This document shows positions 35,183 to 44,301 of a stretch of 44,301 bases of DNA, in pieces. The position numbers were made by a program, and so were the translations under genes. Below the pieces are notes generated by a model. The model saw only the letters and a program-made list of their open reading frames with translations. It had not been told where the DNA came from and did not search any database. The number at the start of each line of letters is the position of its first letter. Position 1 is the first letter of the stretch. Source of the DNA: Batkoa obscura (taxonomy: Eukaryota); contig JASVEC010000132.1 of assembly GCA_030770535.1 (NCBI GenBank), positions 1-44,301 of the forward strand. The letters run 5' to 3'.

Positions 35183-35870
35183 ATGGAAGATCATGAAGAA
35201 AATTACGAACCAATGAGTAAGGACCAGGTGGATCAGGTGATTGAAATATATCAAAACGTCATCTACAATGAATTAAGGCCTGTATTGGAAGTTAAAATAA
35301 AAGAGAGGGAAAAGATTTATAATGAAAATAGTGAATAGTAAGCCCTGAAGAATAAGTAATAAAGTCAAATTTAACAGTTTTTAGTATAAAATTAAAGTCA
35401 ACAATCGAAGCAATGAGGATCTCGAAACAAAAAGAGATTAAGTCCAAAGTCGAATTGGGTTGTGGGGTGTTTGCTCAGGCCAATATGTAGGGTTTAAATT
35501 AGTTATAATAGTTAGATTTATCTAAATGGAATATTAATTTAGAACTGATACTCGTTATATTTATATCAATGTTGGATTGGGCAATCATGTACAATTTACT
35601 TTATTAGAAGCACTTAAATTTATTGATAAAAGGATGGACTTGTTGAAAAAGTAAGCACACTTTTTATTTGAATGAATTATAAGCATTTTGTAAAACTAGT
35701 TTGATTAAATTTACAAATTTTTCATAGGAAAAGTGATAAAGCAACTAAAAAAGTTTCTGAACTCAGGGCAAGGATTCAAACAGTAAAATCATCGTGATTT
35801 ATTATAATATTTTATTAACTATTTTTAGATCGTTGATACTTTACAAACACTCATGGAAACTAGTCAGTAA
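35183..35870 (+). CDS. UXT: Prefoldin alpha-like protein UXT; 5 exons
   Basis: YNELRPVL...EREKIYNENSEYIKLKSTIE...KSKVELGCGVFAQANITDTRYIYINVGLGNHVQFTLLEALKFIDKR. Confidence 0.85.
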
Positions 35871-36211
35871 AATAGTTTGTTTTAGGAATTTAAAGTACTT
35901 TTATTTTAAAGATTTTAATATATAAATTTAAAATGATATTATTATCTCACAATGTTGCTTTTTGATATGCTGTTAAAATGAGTATTTTCTTAAAAGTGAG
36001 GTTATTTAATAAAGTTAAAAATAGAACAAAAGGGTACAATAAATTATAATTTTAAAACTTTGATTTTAGTTTATTTACTACATTTAAAATCGATGTTCTT
36101 TATTATTTTATAAAACAGTTTCGTTTATGATACGGTAAAAGTTAGTTAATAATAATTACTTTTTGAAACTAAGTAATTACTTGAAGTCATTAAATAAAAC
36201 CTTATTCATTT

Positions 36212-37418
36212 TTAAGCTCTAGCGAAATTAAGAGAGTCTTCAATACCTTGGGCATTGCCAAAGCGTTCACCAGCTAACGCATAAAACTTCTTAAGCTCAA
36301 GCTCTGAAATTGGATAAGAGTGCATTTGTTTTTCAGAAGGATCAGGGAAAGTAGCAGTTTTAACTTCTTTAGCATAATCATCTAAAGCTTTTGTTGCATC
36401 ATTGCCTATTGTTCCATATTGTTTACAGAACTTTGGTACAAATTTATCATAGATCCCCAACATATCCATCATCACCAGTACTTGTCCTGAACATCCAACA
36501 CCACTACCAATACCGATGGTTGGAACACTTAACTGTTGAGTTATAAAAGCTGCTATTGGTGCTGGGATACATTCCAAAACAATTGACATACAGCCTGCTT
36601 CTTGTAATGCTAAAGCATCTTCAACAAGTCTCAATGCCTTATAAACAATTAGCCAAAATAAAATAAAAATTTAAGCGTTACTTACTTGATCTGCTGACTT
36701 TCCTTGGACTCTGAACCCTCCTAACATAACCTGGCGTTGTGGAGTAAGTCCGACGTGACCAACGACCGGAATGCCACTTTCAGTAATAGCATGAACCACT
36801 TCACACTGCTCAGCGCCACCTTCTAACTTAACTGCCTAAATAATAATCAATTTTAGCACTTTGATTGAGTTTAAAGCCCTTACCTCCGCTTTCCCTTCTT
36901 TTATCAACCTAACTGCATTTTCTAAACCTAAAAGTGGTCTCCTCTCGTAGCTACCAAAAGGTAAATCGGCTACCAAAAAGGGAGATTTTACTGCCCTAGA
37001 TACTGCAGCTGTATGATGGATCATCGTTTCCATGGTTACTGGAGAGGTAGAGTCATACCCTAAAGCTACCATACCTAAAGAGTCTCCTACCAAGCACATA
37101 TCTTGGTCACTGTTTTCGACCCATAAACCTGTTGGGTAGTCGTGAGCAGTCATCATCGTGATTGGAGTCTTGTTCTTGTAAAGCTTTTGGATTGTTTTGA
37201 CTGTTATTTTCTTTCTCGGGGCAACGGCGTCTAAGTTATAAAAGAGTATTAGGTATACTCAAAGAAATGTTCAGTTATTTTTGGTTACCTTTACTATTTC
37301 CATTTGGATCTGGTTGTGAAGAATAGTACCTGTTACATGTTATGCGTGGGTAGATTGGTTGTGTTTTAATACATTGAGCCTTGTACGCTTGATTAATCAC
37401 TTTAAAATAGTTACGCAT
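36212..37418 (-). CDS. ECM31: 3-methyl-2-oxobutanoate hydroxymethyltransferase (PanB) with a mitochondrial-type presequence; 4 exons
   Basis: [47 protein letters not shown] and [15 protein letters not shown]. Confidence 0.95.
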
Positions 37419-37988
37419 TTTAACAATTATTCTAAAATTCCAATTTTTTGTTCTTTTTTATACTTTTTAAAAATGTCAAACCCTTTTCGAAATTAAATTG
37501 CGAATAACATTGCTGCAAAATTTACTTAATTTAGTAGTTCTACCAAGAAGGGACTAACCTTACAGTTGGTTTGTGAATATGTTTCTTAAAAACGTACCAG
37601 AATATGAAATATGATTCCATATTAAATTCTCAAAGAGAATATTATTAATCCAAATTAAATAAAGTAAAAATACTGAAGCAGAGTATATACTAAATGTTAT
37701 TTAATATATACAAATCGAACTATTTTTATATTTACATTGTATTAGTAATAAATAAATGGTATCATAAAAGTTTATTTAATTTGTTATATTAAAACCTAAG
37801 ATTTAATAGACGCGTTTTTTTCAGACCTCAATAGTAATATTCGAAGAATAATTTATCAAAAAACATTCAAATAGTAGAGACTCTTCGTTTTTTTTTAAAA
37901 ACAAATTTTTAATAATTTAAAAAGACTTGCTACTACCATTTGACTAATTTGACCATACATATATACTGAAACAGTCTCCCCAAAATGC

Positions 37989-38653
37989 TTATTGCATATC
38001 TTGCTCATACTGATCCAAAAGCTCTCTCAATGCCATACGTGCCGTTTCATCGTCGTCGTCCTCACTATCACTACCATCTCCCTTAGAGTCCTTATCCTTT
38101 CTTTTCTTGCTCCTCTTCTCGCTTTCTTCATCATCAATCTCGAAATTATCTAAAAAAATTATTACATTCCATCTTTTTTTAAAAAGTAGCCAAATAGATT
38201 ACCAGAGTCCGAGCTATTGGAATCCGTAGACCTTTTATAAGCATTGATTGTGTTCGCTTGTCTCATTATTCTTTCCGCTAAATCCTCAGTTCCTTCAAGG
38301 TCTCCAACTGGATCGAATGTATCGTTTAAGTCGTTAGATGGATACTCGCTTCGCTGAAAATCTTCAAATGGTAAGCCTTCATTCTCACGAGCTCTTTCAA
38401 GGAATACCAATAAGATCTGTTCCTCTATCTTAGATTTAGTTAATTTTGGTGTTTGTATTTGTGTTATATGTGAATTACTTGTAGTCGTGAAACTCTATCA
38501 TATAATGTGTTATAAGCGGTGTCTAAAATTTCTTTTTCTCGGGTTAGCACATAGTGTAAGTTTTTACGACGTTCGCTGAGAATTTTTAGTGTTTATCTAA
38601 TTACTTTGATTCATTTATTACTTTAATTGTTCAAGATTCTCTTTACTTTCCAT
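37989..38653 (-). CDS. Putative SNAPc 19 kDa subunit (SNAPC5)-like coiled-coil protein with an acidic tail; 4 exons
   Basis: Spliced LTREKEILDTAYNTLYDRVSRLQIEEQILLVFL resembles the SNAPC5 core LRKEEETLLRLKAALHDQLNRLKVEELAL (recalled); ends SDSEDDDDETARMALRELLDQYEQDMQ*. Confidence 0.55.
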
Positions 38654-39074
38654 CCTCTTTTATTTTTTTAGATCAAAAAAACAAATTTTTGTTTTTAATT
38701 AATTTTTAAATTTATCAAACCTTTAAAAAATTTGGATCAGTTTATAATTATAAATTGATTTTCTTTTCTATAGTAACTATATATTTTTAACAGTATGTTG
38801 TATAAATATATTGGTTTCTACCCACTTATAGCGCAAAGTAACATAAACCCCTTTAAATATATCCTACTATTTACCATCATAAAACTTCATACCATTCTAT
38901 ACTGAGTTAGATTCATACAAATTACTTATAATTTTTACATGGAAACTTAATTACTTTCTTTACCCAAAGCAGTAATGCTTTAATTCATTATTTTTTCCTT
39001 GAATATGTATATTATTCAAATTTCATATCGGGTTTACAGCCCCTTTATTATATATATATATCTTATATACAAAT

Positions 39075-39173
39075 GGGGATGTATTTTTGCGTTTAAGAAT
39101 TTTATCAACAAATTTTCCGCTTAAATAGCGCTTAAAAAATGGAAAAAATAATGAAGTCAAAAAAAACACTCCC
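39075..39173 (-). mobile_element. MITE-like element copy 14
   Basis: GGGGATGT...ACACTCCC; AAAT direct repeat. Confidence 0.92.
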
Positions 39174-39545
39174 AAATGGTATAGGGTCGAACATAAGCGT
39201 CAGTTTCTCTATACAACTTATGCACCTTTCTATCTATTTCAAAATACTAAACTTTTAAAAATTTTAAGTATTGTATTTAAATCTATATCTATCTTTGCTT
39301 TAGTATGTTAGTATTTGAATATTATAATTGGTAACCATTTGAGCACAAATAGGAAGCCAGGTTCATGTATTAATTGCTCTCCATTTTTTAACTACAGTAA
39401 TATTGCATAACTACTCATAGTTATTTATATATTTAGTTTTTTAGAAATATCAAGCTATAGTAAATAAATTTGTTTCATTTAGATATAGGCAGTTTATTTC
39501 AAGCAATTGTTTAGTTTCATAAAGCATTATCAGGGCATTGAAGTT

Positions 39546-40897
39546 TTACTCATTTCTTAAAACATTCGAAACTGCAAATGCCGCTGGTTTAACGAAGAGT
39601 CCATTCATTTTCCCGAATTCTTTTTGTAATTCATAAAGGCTTCTAGTCCCTTTAATAAGTCGAGCATATAGAGATTTTCTAGAGCTGTCATAGATTTTTG
39701 ACCATAGAATATCATTGTTCTCTCCCTCCTCAATCTCTTCTGGGATTAAAGTAAATGTTTCAGCAGGCTCTGGAATAGTTTGGGTTAAAAAAAAAACAGT
39801 TAAAGCTACAAAGTTAATATTGAGCAAACGAACTTTATCTTTTAGATCCAATATAGGCAAAATAGTACGTACACTATGGTTCCCAGTTAAACTATGCAAG
39901 AAAAAGAAGTCAAAAATATTCTCATGATACGATTCACTGAATATTTCAACTGTTCCAATACTTAAATCTTTAATGCATTCATCAATATTATTTTTATTGA
40001 CACCCCAATATTTGGCTAACTTTAATATATTAGGACTATTTTTTTCAATCACATTCTGTATCATGATTGACTTGTTTCTCCCCCCTTCGTTTACTTTTAA
40101 TCGCTCAGTCCCAATTTCTTCCAGCTTTTCTCTTATAAGATAAGCAGAATAAGATTTAAACTCTGACTTATTAACATAGTTATTATGTTCGATCTTTTTT
40201 GACTCTTTTTCACTTTCATTTTCGAATTCTTTAAGTTCAATAGTTTTAAATAACTCATAGGAAACATAGTAACTATAGGCATAAGCTAAACCTTCAGCAG
40301 CAACTAATGGATTGCTAAGTTCCACAGCACACCCTATATGAACTAATGGATTTAAAAAAGCTCCCATGAGCCCAGGAATGGCAGCTGAAATGTATTTTTT
40401 TAAAGCTTGTGTCATTCCCAGTACTTTGACTTGTTGATCAAAGAACTTTAAATAGGAAGAGTATGAGCTATAGGAATAAAATTAAGAGGTATTCAATCTT
40501 ACAAATAAAGCCTTACTCTTTATAACCAATAAAGTCTTTATAATTTCCAGTGTTAATAGTATATTTGACTTCACTTAAACTATTAAGTCCATTTTTCACT
40601 TTGTTATAGTAGTCATCTAAATGTTTTGGTGCAGCTAAATAATATTATAAGCAATTTGATATATAAATTGGTTTTTTAGTTACCTCCCATTTTGTAAAGC
40701 GAACATACAACGTGTACAACAGAATTTGGTTTAAATTCTTGGTAAATAATATCATGATTATCATGGTTATGGTGGATAATCTCAGACATCCTTACCAAAG
40801 TTCTATGTTGTGGTATTAAAGGAGTAAACACGTTTTTGTCTTCAATTAAAATTGAGCTTTCTCGTTGTTCTGTTATTGTTTTAATATGACTATCCAT
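39546..40897 (-). CDS. Questin oxidase/AflY(HypA)-family protein, divergent copy lacking several conserved His; 3 exons
   Basis: VVHVVCSLYKMG, NPLVHIGCAVE...AEGLAYA and FDFFFLHSLTGNH; paralog of 41857..43247. Confidence 0.8.
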
Positions 40898-41317
40898 TTT
40901 TGTTTATTGAACCTACTTATCATCTATCAGCTTTATATAGTTTCCTCTAGATATAAGTTATCATCTTTATTGACTTGTTACTTCATTATTAACTACAGCT
41001 GATATAATTTTTAAAAAAAACTATTCTATTCTATTGATAAGTTCAATGTTACACATAGTTATTATTACATTAGTATATAGTAGTAGTGGTGAATTTATTT
41101 ATCAAAATCTAGAATTTAATTTACAACTAAAATTAACTAAGGTAAAGGCTCAAATAGTATAAAAGAGTTCTAAATAATCGGTTTTTAGTAACTAGTTTTA
41201 TCATAACAGTTATATTTTTGTGTTTAATTACAGTAGTTTAATATATATTAAGTTTATATATTAAGTATCGCTAAATCATAAAAAAAATCCAATTTTTATA
41301 TATATAATTATAGATAT

Positions 41318-41409
41318 GGTGGTATTTTTTCGGCTTTATTACTTTTTCATCTTCAGCGCTATTTGAGCGGAAAAACTGCTAGTAAAACTTAAACACAAAA
41401 TATATCACC
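41318..41409 (+). mobile_element. MITE-like element copy 15 (variant ends)
   Basis: GGTGGTAT...ATATCACC; ATAT direct repeat; core AGCGCTATTTGAGCGGAAAAA. Confidence 0.85.
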
Positions 41410-41856
41410 ATATACTCAAATTATAGATCCATTTTTCATAATTATAGCTAAATTATTTAACTTTCTTATAATTATGAAAAATGAATTTGTAATTATGAAC
41501 AATCAATTCAAATCGTAAGTAATGTATGTGTGTAGTCATGAAAACCCAGTAAAATTGTTGATGATTAGATTTAATTCTTTAACGTGTAATCATTATCTTA
41601 CGTTATTGACATTGGAATCAAAAAATCAATTTTTCAATAAAGATTAAATTTATTAATACATAAAAAGCGAGCAATTTTATATTTTAAAATTAAGTCATGT
41701 CATGAGAGTTTTAACTAATCAAATTAACTTAATATCCTCCTAAAGTTTATTTGATTAGTTAAAATTAGTTGTATGACAGAAATTTATAGTGGCGATGCTT
41801 TAAGCGTATTCTCAATATATTTCCCGACAACAATGTGCTAATAATAAATACTTCTA

Positions 41857-43247
41857 TCAGTTTTCTGGAAGATAACCGATACCGCTAAAATTCCAGTTAT
41901 TTTTAGGAATATCCAATGCTGCAAATGCAGCAGGTTTAAAGAAGAGTCCATTCATTTCCCCAAATTCTTTTTGCAACTCATAGAGATTTCTGACACCTTT
42001 GATAAGGTGGGCATCTAAGGATTCACCAGAACGTATATAAATCTCTGACCATGAATGGTCATCATTTTTCCCACCTTCAATTTCTTTCGGAATTGACTTA
42101 GATATTTCACTAAGTTTTGGAGCACCTTGAATTAAGAAAAGAATAGTTAAAGCGCTAAAGTTAAGATTAAGCAAACGAACTTTATCTTTGGATTCCAAAA
42201 TAGGTAAAAGAGTACGTGCACCATGGTTCCCGGTTAAGCCGTGTAATAAGAAGAAGTCAAAAGTATTTTGACGATAAGAGCCACTAAATATCTCAACAGT
42301 GCCAATACTTAAATCATTATTACATTCTTCAATATTGTCTTTGTTTACTCCAAATTTAGTTGCTAATTTTACTAAATTAGAACCATTATTTTCTACTATA
42401 TAGTTAATTGAATTAAAAAACTCCCCTTTTCTTTGTTCTTCGTCAATGGCTTTCACTCCCATATTTTTCAACTCTTCTAATATAAGATAGGCGGAATATG
42501 ACTTAGTTTTGGAGCTTTTAGGATTAGCAGTGTTTATGTTCATTTTGGCCAATTTTTCTTCAATATTCTCTGTACTTATTTCTTCAGGTTGAATAGAATC
42601 GATGATATTATCAAGGGCAAGATAATGGCTATAGGCATAGGCTAAGCCTTCTACTGCAACTATTGGGTTATTGAATTCTACAGCATATCCTAAATGAATC
42701 AAAGGGTGTAGTGCGGCTCCAGCAAGCCCTGGGATAATTTTTGGAATATATTTTTTTAAAGCAGAAATAGCTCCCAGCTCATTAACTTGCTTATCAAAAA
42801 ATTTCAAATAAGAAGAATATGCACTATAAATAAATTAGATAACTAGAAAGCAAAAAACGTTAATCTTACTCTTTAATAGCTATATATTTTTCATAATTTT
42901 CAATATTTATATCATATTTGTCTTCTGGTAATGGTTCAAGGTAGGTCATTGATTTATTATAATACTGTTCCAATAGTTCAGAGGATGCTATTAACACTTA
43001 TCAGCTATTCCAGGTTAGATTGATATTTGAAGTTACCTCCCATTTTATATAGTGAGCAGATAGCGTGTACTACATGGTTAGCTCTAAAACCACCATGAAT
43101 CATATCATTGTTATGATTCTTGCCAATGATTTCGTTCATTTTAACGAAGCTTTCGTTCTGTGGTGAGAATGGAGTAAATTTGGTTAATGATTTTAAAGGG
43201 TTTGCAGCTATAGTAGCACTTTTTCTTGCTTCGATCAATGGTGACAT
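41857..43247 (-). CDS. Questin oxidase/AflY(HypA)-family oxidoreductase (DUF4243); 3 exons
   Basis: NHVVHAICSLYKMG, ALHPLIHLGYAVEF...VEGLAYA, FDFFLLHGLTG, DAHLIKGVR and WNFSGIG. Confidence 0.88.
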
Positions 43248-44301
43248 TTTTTTAATTATTCCTAAAACTTTCAACATGTCAAATTAATTTAGTTAAATAC
43301 TTTTTAAAATTGTTTATATTTATAATGTGAAACGTCATTATGTAAAACTGATTATCTTTTATATCATTTAGATCATTATTCTATTTTTTTAAATAGTCAA
43401 ATTTAAATTATGATTAGTAATATAAAAAATAAAAACCTGTATATAGAGCTGCTCCAACTCTATTTCGACATACTTAACCATTCATTACAGAATATAATTT
43501 ATCAAAATCAGGTTAGAATATAAAGATCAGCCTTGGAAAAATCAAATAAGAAAATAATTGGGCTCTAAAAATCATTACGAATTATATCACAATAGAGTTG
43601 CAACAGCTGTAATACGTGTCAAATTGTCAAAAAACCATTCAGCAATAATTAAAAGCATAGAGGGAAATGTTTCGGAGTAAAAAAGGAATACCAAGATTAA
43701 ATAAAGTTGAGCAATTAAAATAGCTCTTAATAGAATTTATAGTAACTTTATTACATAAGCTAAAATATCAAATATAATATAATGCATTTAAAAATTTAGT
43801 TAATTTTTCATAATGACTTTAATATAATCCTTTTTGTTCAATCCTCATTCTTTTTCGAAAAAATAATATAATTTGCAGCAATTAAAAATCATAGGTTGTT
43901 TTTTAATTCAAAATGATAATAAGAAACAAAATTTTAGTATTAGGCAGAGAGCAATTAAGAAAATGGGGATTTATAGAACGTAATCAATTAAATAATAATA
44001 ATAAAGATATCCAAACTAAAACATAAACCATTTCACCAAGATTTAGCATCTGAGTTAGGGCATAAAGAGGGCTATTATGAGCCAGAATCTGTAGTTCCGT
44101 TTGAGTTAAACATAGACTCAATTAAAATAAAATTGAAATTTTATTTGAATACGATCAAAGATGATGATTTTGTAAATAAAGACTATCGATTTTTTAAACT
44201 TTACAGTAATACTTTTGTGGGCCTTTTTTATACGTTTAGACCTGGAGAAGAAGTAAGTTTTTGATTTACAATGAAATAGAGTTAACGATATTGATTTTTT
44301 A

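Noticed and set aside
434..41413. Dispersed repeats as a CRISPR array or bacterial REP elements
   Set aside because: The context is eukaryotic; copies are ~97 bp, irregularly spaced, in both orientations and have target-site duplications; there are no cas genes.

Overview
This is very AT-rich eukaryotic genomic DNA with short (~50-60 bp) GT-AG introns. An EFL-type elongation factor and secreted subtilisin/M28 peptidases point to an early-diverging fungus, probably Entomophthoromycotina (Conidiobolus-like); this is an inference. Coding content, in order: two tandem CENP-B/pogo-derived DNA-binding proteins lacking a DDE domain, a CsbD-like pseudogene, a secreted 5'-nucleotidase with a Ser/Thr tail, a small acidic protein, a G-patch protein, the SNARE USE1, an M28 aminopeptidase, EFL, a second M28 aminopeptidase, a proteinase K-like subtilisin, a decayed cytochrome P450, TRM2, two decayed paralogous ORFs, a putative NELF-A, UXT, ECM31/panB, a putative SNAPC5 and two questin-oxidase/AflY-family paralogs. 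There are two tRNA genes, Leu(AAG) and Pro(AGG). The main non-coding signal is a ~97 bp palindromic MITE-like family with 15 copies in 44 kb, GGG...CCC ends and 4-bp target-site duplications; one copy sits inside the P450 pseudogene. The main coding surprise is a multi-exon gene resembling metazoan NELF-A in four separate regions, near UXT and a SNAPC5-like gene. All homology calls are by eye against remembered family sequences; no searches were run.
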